From an uncultured Chloroflexia bacterium (GTDB taxonomy: Bacteria; Chloroflexota; Anaerolineae; JAAYZQ01): 64,000 nucleotides of DNA. Positions 21,817 to 30,427 of this stretch are shown in pieces. Every line of letters begins with the position of its first letter. Position 1 is the stretch's first letter. Made by a program: the position numbers and the translations under genes. The notes beneath the pieces are model-generated. The model was not told where the DNA came from. It was given only the letters and a program-made list of their open reading frames with translations, and did not search any database. The stretch spans positions 1,792,001-1,856,000 of the forward strand of contig CAVOXA010000010.1 of assembly GCA_963700285.1 (NCBI GenBank), given 5' to 3'.

Positions 21817-22452
21817 TCATGCATCGTCCACTGCTGGCAATTCCCGCTGGACCTGGGCGAGAAAGCGTCCATGAAGGCGACGCGGTCCTGGGCCATCTGG
21901 CGGGCTGTGTCGGTGTTAAGACAGTCGAGCCAGCTTCTCTGGGCCGAGAATCTGGTCGGAGCAGGTTGCCAGCGACCAAGGGTCGCCGTTCACCTCAAAG
22001 GGTGCGGCGGGGTCGTAGGGCGGCAGGTGGCTCTTGCTCATAAAGGCGCGCATGATGCCGATGGCGCCCAGGCCGTCCAGCATGTCGGCGTCGCGCAGGA
22101 CGCGGAGCAGGGGCGTGTCGGCGCGCTGGCTGTTGTGCCAGCGGATGGCGTGCAGCACGGCCTCGCGCTCGTCGCCGGTCAGGGGCAGGCCGGCCAGCAG
22201 CGGTTCGGCCAGGATTGCTGACCTGGCCCCGTGCTCATCCTCCGGTCCGGGCTGGGTGCGGCCGACGTCGTGGAGCAGGGCTGCCAGCTCGGCCAGCAAG
22301 GGATCCACGCCCTCGGCCGGGGCCAGGATGCGGATGTGATGGCGGACGCGGTCCGTGTGGAGCCAGCCGTGGGCGATGCCACCGCCTGCCTCCAGTTTTT
22401 CGCGCACCCAGGTTTGGACCGCCGTCAAAACGGTCTCTTGCACTGTTGTCAT
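21817..22452 (-). CDS. HD-domain phosphohydrolase (frameshifted at 3' end)
   Basis: AHGWLHTDRV, ALLHDVG, AIRWH, LRDADMLDGLGAIGIMR. Confidence 0.8.
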
Positions 22453-22487
22453 TACTCCGGACCCTGCGCTGTGTGCTGAAACGGCAT

Positions 22488-22586
22488 AGACCTGACAGGT
22501 TTTCTCCAGATCTGGCAGCTGCCGCACCCGGGACAACTCTCTTGAGCCATCCTGTCTTGGGTGTTGGGCAAAAACCTGTCAGGTCT
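22488..22586. repeat. REP/REPIN-like inverted pair
   Basis: agacctgacaggtttt (22488-22503) and its exact reverse complement aaaacctgtcaggtct (22571-22586). Confidence 0.8.
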
Positions 22587-22588
22587 TG

Positions 22589-23694
22589 TCACGATAAACC
22601 ATACTCGACGTTCAGGTCGGCACTGATCTGCTTCAGGCTGGCCTCGACCTTGGCCTCCAGCGGGATGCCATGCTCGGCGCGGCGGTCGGCCTCTTCGAAT
22701 TCTTTCTCGCCGTGGACATAGATGCGTTCCGCGCCCTCGGCCAGGTTGCCGCCCTTCAGTTCGCGGATCATGGCGTCCATGTCGGCCTTGAAGTCATCCG
22801 CTGCCCGGAAGGCATCGATGCGCCAGGCGCCGAAAGAAGTGGCCCAGGTCGGCAGGCAGTGCTTTGCCAGCGCCGTCCTTGGGATAGACTGAGGTCAGGA
22901 AGGCGGCGCCGGGCAGAACCGCCGAGAGGATCTCGACCATAAGGCCCATGCCGTAGCCCTTGTAGCCGCTGAACTCCTCGCCGGCGCCGCCCAGGGGCAG
23001 CAGGCCGCCGCCGGCGCGCCGGACAAAGTTGTCCAGGACCTGGCCCGCGTCTGGCCGTCGGCACCCCACGCTCGTCGGTGGCCCAGCCCAGGGGCATGGC
23101 TTTCTCCTGCCGGTGATAGACCTCCAGCTTGCCCCGGGGGACCGTGCTGGTGGCCATGTCCATGACGAAGGGGCGTTCTTCGCCGGCCGGCACGGCCAGG
23201 GCGATGGGGTTGGTGCCGTACATGGCATCGCGGCCAAAGGTGGGCACCACCAGGACAGCGGCGTTGGTGGTCGAGATGCCGATCATGTCCTCTTCCAGGG
23301 CCATCATGGCATAGTAGCCGGCGATGCCATAGTGGTTGCTGTTGCGCACGGTGGCAAACCCGCAGCCATACTCCCGGGCCTTTTCGATGACCATGGTCAT
23401 GGCCCGGTGGCTGACCGGCTGTCCCAGTCCCGCGCCGGCATCCAGGGTGACGGTGGTCGGCGTTTCGACGACGACCTTTTCTTCGGGCTGGGCGACCATA
23501 ACGCCGTCGCGCAGGCCATTCACATAGCGGGCCAGCCGGGCCACACCGTGCGAGTCGATGCCCCGCAGGTTGGCCTGGATCAGGACGTCGGCGGTGATCC
23601 GGGCATCCTCCGGGGACACACCCATCTTTTCAAAGACCCGGACGCAGTATGCCTGCAGCGCCTCCGGATGAACGATGCTGCTTATGTCTGCCAT
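22589..23694 (-). CDS. Ldh_2-family (malate/L-lactate-type) NAD(P) oxidoreductase (frameshifted)
   Basis: GIDSHGVARL, VRNSNHYG, GTNPIA, DMATS, YKGYG, IYVHGEKE. Confidence 0.9.
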
Positions 23695-23760
23695 CGTGAC
23701 TCTTTGCCTCCCTTGCTAACCTACACGGAGCTTGCCGGACGGGTCAGGCGCCGGCAGCGG

Positions 23761-23812
23761 AAAAGCAAAAGGGGGTCGCCAGGGAGGCGGCTGTCGCTTC
23801 CCTGTTTCCCCC
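23761..23812 (-). terminator. Intrinsic terminator within the leader of the ldh2 operon
   Basis: Minus strand ggggg-aaa-cagggaagcg-acagc-cgcctccctg-gcga-ccccc followed by ttttgctttt. Confidence 0.65.
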
Positions 23813-23942
23813 GTTCGGTTCATGCGTCGCTCTTGGGCTTCGTTGCCATGGGCGTGCTCTCGCTGGGCGAGCAGTCTCCCGCCGGTTGAGGCCAGCTGGA
23901 ATGCTCCTCCATCTTTCTCCTGCTCGTGGCGTCGCGGGGGCT

Positions 23943-23972
23943 ATTATAGCATGGCCTGAGGCAGGTTGACAA
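23943..23972 (-). promoter_or_regulatory. Sigma70-type promoter for the leader/ldh2 operon
   Basis: Minus strand TTGTCA-18 nt-TATAAT with extended TG. Confidence 0.7.
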
Positions 23973-23997
23973 CTTTTGGCTGGGTAGTGGTAGGGGA

Positions 23998-24903
23998 TTA
24001 GTTTGATTCAGCAGGCAGCTCTCCGCCTTCGCCCTCCAGCACACGCTTGAGGGCGGCGATGGCTACCTCCAGCATGGAGCTGTCGGGCTCGCGGGTGGTC
24101 AGGCTCTGCAGGGCCAGGTTGGGCTTGGCGACGACCCGAATGACAGGGTTGGTGCGGTGGCGGTTGGTGAACTTTATCCATTCATAGGCGATGCCGGCCA
24201 CGACGGGGATAAGCACGATGCGCGATAGGATGCGCAGGGGCAAGGGCGGGCGACCCAGCAGGGAAAAGACAAGGATGGAGATGACCATGACCGACAGCAG
24301 GAAGGCGGTACCGCAGCGGTAGTGGGAGGTGGAGTATCGGGCCACGCTGTCAGGCGTCAGGTGGGCGCCGTCCTCGTAGGCGTTGATGGTCTTGTGCTCG
24401 GCGCCGTGATAGCCAAAGACGCGGCTGATATCGGCCACGCGGCCGATAAGCCAGATATAGACGATAAAGATGATCATGCGGATGGCGCCCTCGATGATGT
24501 TGCTGGCAAAGGAGGATGCAATAAAACGGTCGATGAGGCCCACCAGCAGGAGGGGGACCACGAAAAAGAGACCGATGCCCAAGGCAAAGGACACGGCCAC
24601 CGTGCCCCAGGCGACGGGGCCGCTGAATTCGACCTCTTCGTCTTCGCCCAGGGCCACTTCGGCCGAAAACATCAGGGTGCGAATGCCGAGGACCAGGACG
24701 TCCCACAGGCTGGTGAGGGCGCGCAGAAATGGAATCTTGCTGATGGAGCCGGTATAGATGTGGGGGTTCAGGTCCTCGGTGTGGATGATGACCTCGCCGT
24801 CGGGCTGGCGCACGGCCACAGCCATGGAACTGGCGCCGCGCATCATGACGCCTTCCATGACGGCCTGGCCGCCGTAGCTGAAATCACTCTTTTTTTCTGT
24901 CAA
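23998..24903 (-). CDS. DUF1385 membrane protein
   Basis: GGQAVMEGVMMRG, YHGAEHKTI, RCGTAF, LTTREP. Confidence 0.9.
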   Translation of the reverse strand: MTEKKSDFSYGGQAVMEGVMMRGASSMAVAVRQPDGEVIIHTEDLNPHIYTGSISKIPFLRALTSLWDVLVLGIRTLMFSAEVALGEDEEVEFSGPVAWGTVAVSFALGIGLFFVVPLLLVGLIDRFIASSFASNIIEGAIRMIIFIVYIWLIGRVADISRVFGYHGAEHKTINAYEDGAHLTPDSVARYSTSHYRCGTAFLLSVMVISILVFSLLGRPPLPLRILSRIVLIPVVAGIAYEWIKFTNRHRTNPVIRVVAKPNLALQSLTTREPDSSMLEVAIAALKRVLEGEGGELPAESN

Positions 24904-25294
24904 TGTGGCTGCTCATTTCTATTTTTGGTATCAACGACCCGTCAAACCGGTCTAGGCCATAGGGCCCCAGACACTGGACCTCGGCCAGGCAGCGGGCTGC
25001 TATGGCCAGCAGGTGGTCGACATCGACGCCCATGCAGGCCGGGGCAAAGGGCTCCAGGTAGCCGGCGCCCCGTACCAGCAGCGTGCAGACGGGGCGGTAG
25101 CGAGCTCTTTTGAGGTGGTGGAAGGCGACGCCGATCTGGAGGATGCCCTGGTAGAGGCGGCGGATGGGACGCGGTTCGGCCATCCACAGGTCTTCCAGCG
25201 TCTCGTGGCACTCGAAAAAGAGGCCCTGGTTGAATTGCTCGAAGGCGACGGCCAGCTCCGGTGGCGGCTGCTCGCGGCAAGCATCGGCTGACAT
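24884..25294 (-). CDS. DUF309 protein
   Basis: FNQGLFFECHETLEDLW...YQGILQIGVAFHH. Confidence 0.85.
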   Translation of the reverse strand: MSADACREQPPPELAVAFEQFNQGLFFECHETLEDLWMAEPRPIRRLYQGILQIGVAFHHLKRARYRPVCTLLVRGAGYLEPFAPACMGVDVDHLLAIAARCLAEVQCLGPYGLDRFDGSLIPKIEMSSHIDRKKE

Positions 25295-25587
25295 GCGGCA
25301 ATTATACTCGGAAATGGGAGGTTGGGCAAGCGGGGATAGGCTGAGGGGACAGTGGCAGGTGGGCGGTTGCGGCTCCCGGTGACTCATGCAGCAAATCGGG
25401 TCTCCCTCGTCGTTGGTTGTTGCTGGGCCACAGCCTGACACACCGGCCGTCGATGCGTGGACTGTAGTCCACGTAGCGTGGATGATGGGCAAAAAAGGCG
25501 CGCGAACGGCTTGATAAAAAAACCTGCCAGGCAAGCCTGACAGGTACACTTGTCACCAGACAGATAAGTGGTGGTGACCTCACTTTG

Positions 25588-25878
25588 TCATAGCGTGCCC
25601 TGGTCGACTTCCTCCAGCCAACTGACCTCCGGTTCTCCAATCACCCCGGCGGCTTCCATCGCGTGGCGCAGGTCTGGGCTGGCGAAATAGGCGTGGGCGT
25701 TGTCCAGGCTGTCCCACTCAAAGAGCATAGTCAAGTTGTTGGGGTCGCCGGCCGGATGAAAGATCTGCCACGTCTTTTCACCACCAGCTCGCCGTATGCT
25801 AATTGCGCTGTCGAACCCGTTTTTCCAGGCAGCATAGTCTTTGACTTTGTGACGGGCAAGTATGTATGCCATCGCCAA
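25588..25878 (-). CDS. Small ABM/cyclase-like dimeric alpha-beta barrel protein
   Basis: HKVKDYAAWK.GFD..DPNNL..FEWDS..AM..AGV..P pattern. Confidence 0.75.
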   Translation of the reverse strand: MAMAYILARHKVKDYAAWKNGFDSAISIRRAGGEKTWQIFHPAGDPNNLTMLFEWDSLDNAHAYFASPDLRHAMEAAGVIGEPEVSWLEEVDQGTL

Positions 25879-26051
25879 GTTCTCCCTTCGTGCTGATGTT
25901 TACGGGTATTAGGATACACCCATCCTTATCATTTGTCAAGTTAATGTTCCATAAAAATCATATAAATTAGAACTTGACTGCCTAGTGATGGTCGGAAGAG
26001 CGGCTGAGCATTGAATCTGGTCACGGGCGACTGACCCACGCGATGTAGGGC

Positions 26052-26163
26052 TCAGCCGGGTATGACTTGAGCCGGATGCCCATAACCTGGCTCTGTCAGG
26101 GGTATAGCCTCGAATGGCCCGGGAGGTCGGAGGCAGACGATGTCCCCAACCTGTGACGGTTCC
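26052..26163 (+). mobile_element. 3'-terminal remnant of the large-DDE IS (last 34 codons plus end)
   Basis: Translates SAGYDLSRMPITWLCQGYSLEWPGRSEADDVPNL* then CGGTTCC, versus LAGYDLGNMPMNWLCRGHSLERAMTQEAGHVPNL*CGGTTCC in the full element. Confidence 0.9.
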
Positions 26164-26192
26164 ACCTGGCAATTTCGTCATACATAAAATTC

Positions 26193-26203
26193 TGTGGTAT
26201 AAT
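26193..26203 (+). promoter_or_regulatory. Extended -10 promoter of the PKD protein gene
   Basis: TGTGGTATAAT. Confidence 0.6.
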
Positions 26204-26262
26204 CAAGGCAGGTTGCCGCAGCCAGGCGCACAGGCGGAGATTGACCCGGGAGGAGGGTAACC

Positions 26263-28155
26263 ATGTCTGGCAAGGTAGCATGGCTCGTCGTTCTGGCCGT
26301 GATTGCGTTGCTGCTGTCAGCCGCGGGTCATCCTGGGCACGCTGCTGTCCCGGTGCTGCCGGCAGACTCCGCGAGACCCAGCCCGGTTCGCCTATCGCCC
26401 GCCTGGACGCCAAAAATGAGCCCTCCCGAGCCGGTTACGGGCACCGGCCACGACGCCAGATGGCCCGACGTGGCCTACAACTCCACCTACAACCAGTACC
26501 TGGTCGTCTGGAAGGGGGGCAAGAGCATCTGGGGCCGGCGGGTGGACGGCCGCGGCAAGCCATGGGGAAACGTATTCGAAATCGCCAGCGGTCCTACCTC
26601 CGGCGACGGGCGCCCTCGGGTAGCCTTTGACACCCAGCGCAACCGCTACCTGGTAATCTGGGGCCGCGCCGATGGGCTGGCCTACCAGATGTACGGGCGT
26701 TTTGTTCCTTGGGACGGCCCCGACCCGGCGCTCGTCCCCTTTGCCATCGACCCTTCCAAGCCGGCGAGTACGCAGGTCTATGCCCTGGCCTATGGTTCCT
26801 CGCCAGACGAGTTCTTGGTCGTGTGGGTGAACAGAGATGCGGGCTCAACCCGGGATATGGTTGCCGGACGCCGGGTCAAAGCCGGCGGCGGCTTTCCCAT
26901 GGGCACTTTCGTGATCGCTGCCGGCAGCCTGGACAACCGGGGCAATCCCGACGTGGCCTACAACGCCCAGCGCAACCAATACCTGGTCGTCTACGACGAC
27001 TACCCCAAGGTAAACGAAAACATCTACGGCAAGCGGCTGTCGGCGACAGGTATCCCGATAGCCGGGGGCGAGTTTGCCATCGCTGACTGGCCTGGCGACG
27101 AAATCGACCCCGCCGTCGCCAGCTGCCCCGCCACGGACCAATACCTGGTCGCCTGGCACGGAATCCCAACGCCGGGGGATGGGGTCTGGGCTCGCTTCGT
27201 TTCCGGGCTTGGCGGGCTGGGCAGCATGGTAACCCTCGACGAATTCCCATGGTGGAGTTATCATTATCCCCTGGACCTGGCCTGCGGCGTGACAGAACTG
27301 GAAATGGAAGATCCACGCTACCTGGTCACCTGGAGCACAAGCTTCGACCTGGACGGGACCAGCTACGCCCGGGAGATACTGACCACCGGGTCGCAGAGCG
27401 ACGAGGTCCAGATTGACAGATGGACCGGGGCTATCGCCGTCGCAGGAGGCGCCATCAACCATCTGGTCGCTTGGGAAACCAGCGGGAGTGACTATGATGG
27501 CTATACAGATATCTACGCCCGCATCGTCGGCAATACCATACCCAAGGCATCCTTCACCGTCACCCCGGGAGACGCGCCTAGCACCACCGTCTTTGCCTTT
27601 GACGCTTCGGCCAGCAACGATGCCACCGACCCTCCGAGCCAACTCCAGGTACGCTGGGACTGGGGCGACGGCGACCACACCACCTGGAGCCGCGACCGGA
27701 CCGCCACCCACAAATTCCCCCTGGACCCTGGCTACATCCTGAACCTCTACAGGGTGGAGCTGGAGGTGACCGATGGGACCGGGCCCACTACGACAGACAC
27801 GACCTCCACAGTCGTACTGGTCCGCAATGCCCCGCCCACCGCCGCCTTCACCGTCCAACCCGCCACGGGCAACACGCTTACGACCTTCCACTTCGACGCC
27901 TCGGGCAGCGCCGACCCCGAGGGCGGCGCGCTGGAGGTACGCTGGGATTGGAACAACGACGGCGCCTACGACACTGCCTGGAGCGCGACCAAGATAGCAT
28001 CACATGCCTTTGGCCAGACCGGCATTCATATCATCCGTGCCCAGGTACGGGATCCCGTCCAACTGACCGGCGTAACGACCCGCAACGTGTACGTCAGCGA
28101 AGGGGGCGCCCCGTCGCGGGCCTACCTGCCCCTCATCTCCCGCAAACAACCCTAG
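26263..28155 (+). CDS. Secreted protein with beta-propeller-like repeats and two PKD domains
   Basis: Signal peptide; PDVAYN...YLVVW repeats; FDASAS..RWDWGDG and FDASGS..RWDWNNDG; C-terminal RAYLPLISR. Confidence 0.85.
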   Translation: MSGKVAWLVVLAVIALLLSAAGHPGHAAVPVLPADSARPSPVRLSPAWTPKMSPPEPVTGTGHDARWPDVAYNSTYNQYLVVWKGGKSIWGRRVDGRGKPWGNVFEIASGPTSGDGRPRVAFDTQRNRYLVIWGRADGLAYQMYGRFVPWDGPDPALVPFAIDPSKPASTQVYALAYGSSPDEFLVVWVNRDAGSTRDMVAGRRVKAGGGFPMGTFVIAAGSLDNRGNPDVAYNAQRNQYLVVYDDYPKVNENIYGKRLSATGIPIAGGEFAIADWPGDEIDPAVASCPATDQYLVAWHGIPTPGDGVWARFVSGLGGLGSMVTLDEFPWWSYHYPLDLACGVTELEMEDPRYLVTWSTSFDLDGTSYAREILTTGSQSDEVQIDRWTGAIAVAGGAINHLVAWETSGSDYDGYTDIYARIVGNTIPKASFTVTPGDAPSTTVFAFDASASNDATDPPSQLQVRWDWGDGDHTTWSRDRTATHKFPLDPGYILNLYRVELEVTDGTGPTTTDTTSTVVLVRNAPPTAAFTVQPATGNTLTTFHFDASGSADPEGGALEVRWDWNNDGAYDTAWSATKIASHAFGQTGIHIIRAQVRDPVQLTGVTTRNVYVSEGGAPSRAYLPLISRKQP

Positions 28156-28407
28156 CTGCCAGCCCAACCAAGGCATGACACCCTACTTTTGTGCAAGAAT
28201 CGGGTGTCAGGTCTGGACGTACACAGCATCGAATTAGGAATCAAACCAATCTTGCCGGCCCCTTGGTCACAGCCATTCGTTCCTTTCTCAATTCGTTGTA
28301 GTCTCCAAAGACCTGTGATATAATCCGGACACAGAGCCAGTAGAACCTACCGGGATCACAAACCCCAATGCCGTCGATCGTCATCATAGCTGTCTAAAAG
28401 AGGACCC

Positions 28408-29208
28408 ATGGCCCCAACAGAACCGATTCGCGATCCAGAAAATGCCGAACATAGATCCCTACAACCCTACTTCCCCCAAGCGCAAGACCGTGTCCTCGAC
28501 ATCGGCTGCGGCGACGGCAGGCTGACCTGGCTCCTTGCCCGCACCGCCGCCCTCGCAGCCGGCATCGACATCGACCTGGACGAACTCCGAAAAGCGCCAG
28601 GCGCGCGCCTCGATGCAGTCTCCGCCGCAGTCTGCTTTCCAGCGGCATCCAGCGAAGCCATGCCCTTTGCCAGCCGCTCCTTCGACCTGGCCACCTTCAC
28701 TTGGTCCCTCTGATGAGTTCCCCCTGAGGGCATGGTCCATGCCCTGGCAGAGACCTGGCGTGTGCTCAAACCCGGAGGCAGGTTGATCGACCTCCGCCCC
28801 TATTCCTCAGGCTGGCCCCTCGAGGTCTTCACCCTGGACACACAGATCCTCGCCGGCCCCCTCGACGATTCTATCGGTATAGCCTTGGACATCGCCTCTA
28901 ACAACGCCATCCTGGAGGCCCTCCAAAACGGCTGGTTCCAGGCAGAAACCAAGACTACCTTCGAATACACCTACTACTGGCACACAGTCGACGACATGCA
29001 CGACTACCTACAAGAAAACTGGCAAAAGTCAGCGACCGTCCCCGAGCCCATCCTCTCCAAAGCCCGTCGCCTCGTCCAGTCTACCACCGAACCCACCCAG
29101 ATCCGCATCCGCAGGAGCATGACCCTAGCCAGCTACAGAAGCCCAGCGACCGCCACTAGCCGCCCGTATCCAGCCCCCGACCACATCCCCAGAAAGTCCT
29201 TCAGCTGA
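28408..29208 (+). CDS. Class I SAM-dependent methyltransferase with in-frame TGA-TGA (probable Sec-Sec selenoprotein), 266 aa on readthrough
   Basis: VLDIGCGDG motif I and MPFASRSFDL; TWSL-TGA-TGA-VPPEGMVHALAETWRVLKPGG continues in the same frame; SECIS-like hairpin follows. Confidence 0.8.
28727..28745 (+). promoter_or_regulatory. Candidate bacterial SECIS hairpin
   Basis: AGGGCATG-GTC-CATGCCCT perfect 8-bp stem; GGUC apex 18-21 nt after the UGA codons. Confidence 0.7.
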
Positions 29209-29351
29209 GATGTCGGTGGGGGGTTGTGGGCGGCCCAATTATATGATCCATAGAGGTCTCTTTGGGGACAGATTGAGTGATCCCCTGCCGGTAGGCCAGA
29301 GTCTTCTGGCCTGAAGAGGCTCTATCCTGATCATTTAATGTGGCCGGTAGC

Positions 29352-29517
29352 AACCCCTTCTCCCGCGATGCCAGGCCGGAGATTCGAGGCAAGTGCCCTC
29401 TACAACTGGCTGGGTACGACCTAAGCTGCATGCCGATGACCTGGTTGTGTCGGGGATTCAGCCTGGAACGGCCGATGAAACTGGACGGCGCAGATGTCCC
29501 CAGCCTGTGACGGTTCC
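29352..29517 (+). mobile_element. Second 3'-terminal remnant of the large-DDE IS (last 52 codons plus end)
   Basis: Translates NPFSRDARPEIRGKCPLQLAGYDLSCMPMTWLCRGFSLERPMKLDGADVPSL* then CGGTTCC, matching TPFSDDAQPRVRGKSPLQLAGYDL... of the full transposase. Confidence 0.9.
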
Positions 29518-29545
29518 TCCTGTACATTATCATTTTTGCGCAACC

Positions 29546-29556
29546 TATGGTATAAT
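29546..29556 (+). promoter_or_regulatory. Extended -10 promoter of the Yip1 gene pair
   Basis: TATGGTATAAT. Confidence 0.6.
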
Positions 29557-29698
29557 GAGGTTGCGGCTTGCAGTATCAGTGGAGATGGCTGCCATCCTAG
29601 GTGGCTGCATGTGATGGAAAAGGGGGTGATCCATACAGAACGAAGCGGGATAGCTGGCATAGGAACTGGCGGAAGACTCTATTTGAGAAAGGAGGCGC

Positions 29699-30427
29699 TT
29701 GATGGATGGAATTGTCGGTTCCCTTCGGCTGGGATGGAATGCATTGCTCTTCAAAGAAGACGCCTATGAAGAGATGGCTGCATCCACCAGCCCGGTCGTC
29801 AAGGGACTCATCTTTATCGTCGTCGTAGGCGTGATAATCGCCATATGTGGCCTTGTCGGTACTGGCCTCGAGTGGGCCAGTATTCCGGATATGGGCGAGA
29901 TCCAGGACACGGTCTTTTTCTACATGAAACAAATGCCCTGGTGGGACATGCTTGCCCAGGAAGATCCCATGGCCCTGGCGCGATTCGAGGAGTGGTACCA
30001 ACGTGGCTGGGATATCTTTCCCCAGCTGTTCGGTGCCCCGAACATGGGTTCCGCGGCGCTTGGGATCATCACCGTCCCACTGGCTTTGCTCTTCCGCTGG
30101 TTGATCTATGGCCTGCTAGCCTATCTGTTCGCCCGCTGGCTGGGTGGATCCGGCAGCCTGAGCAAGACGTTGGGTGTACTGGCCCTGGCGGTCGCGCCCC
30201 AGGTGCTAAACGTGTTGACGATCATACCATTTTTGCAGGTGGGTAGTATTGTCGCTGTGTGGGGCGTCCTGTGCGCCTATTACGGCCTAAAGACTGCCCA
30301 CAACCTATCGTGGACGCGGGCCGCATGGGCTACGCTGCTGCCCTTCCTCCTGGTCGTGGTCGTATTGATCCTGATGGGATGCTTCGGTTCGGCCATTCTA
30401 GGTATGGCGCTAGGAGGTCAGTCATGA
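29699..30427 (+). CDS. Yip1-family membrane protein
   Basis: Several transmembrane segments; ARWLGGSG..TLGVLALAVAP..WTRAAWATLLP. Confidence 0.75.
   Translation: MMDGIVGSLRLGWNALLFKEDAYEEMAASTSPVVKGLIFIVVVGVIIAICGLVGTGLEWASIPDMGEIQDTVFFYMKQMPWWDMLAQEDPMALARFEEWYQRGWDIFPQLFGAPNMGSAALGIITVPLALLFRWLIYGLLAYLFARWLGGSGSLSKTLGVLALAVAPQVLNVLTIIPFLQVGSIVAVWGVLCAYYGLKTAHNLSWTRAAWATLLPFLLVVVVLILMGCFGSAILGMALGGQS

Noticed and set aside
6568-23694. Mass pseudogenisation or programmed frameshifting of the metabolic operons
   Set aside because: Most genes here have scattered single-base indels but intact catalytic motifs and no evident nonsense decay, while 25.5-61.7 kb is clean. This pattern fits low-coverage long-read errors; read polishing would decide.
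23800-23940. 6S RNA
   Set aside because: The terminal CCCCCG/CGGGGG pairing is suggestive, but on the promoter-bearing strand the long rod with a central bubble does not form; kept as an attenuator candidate instead.
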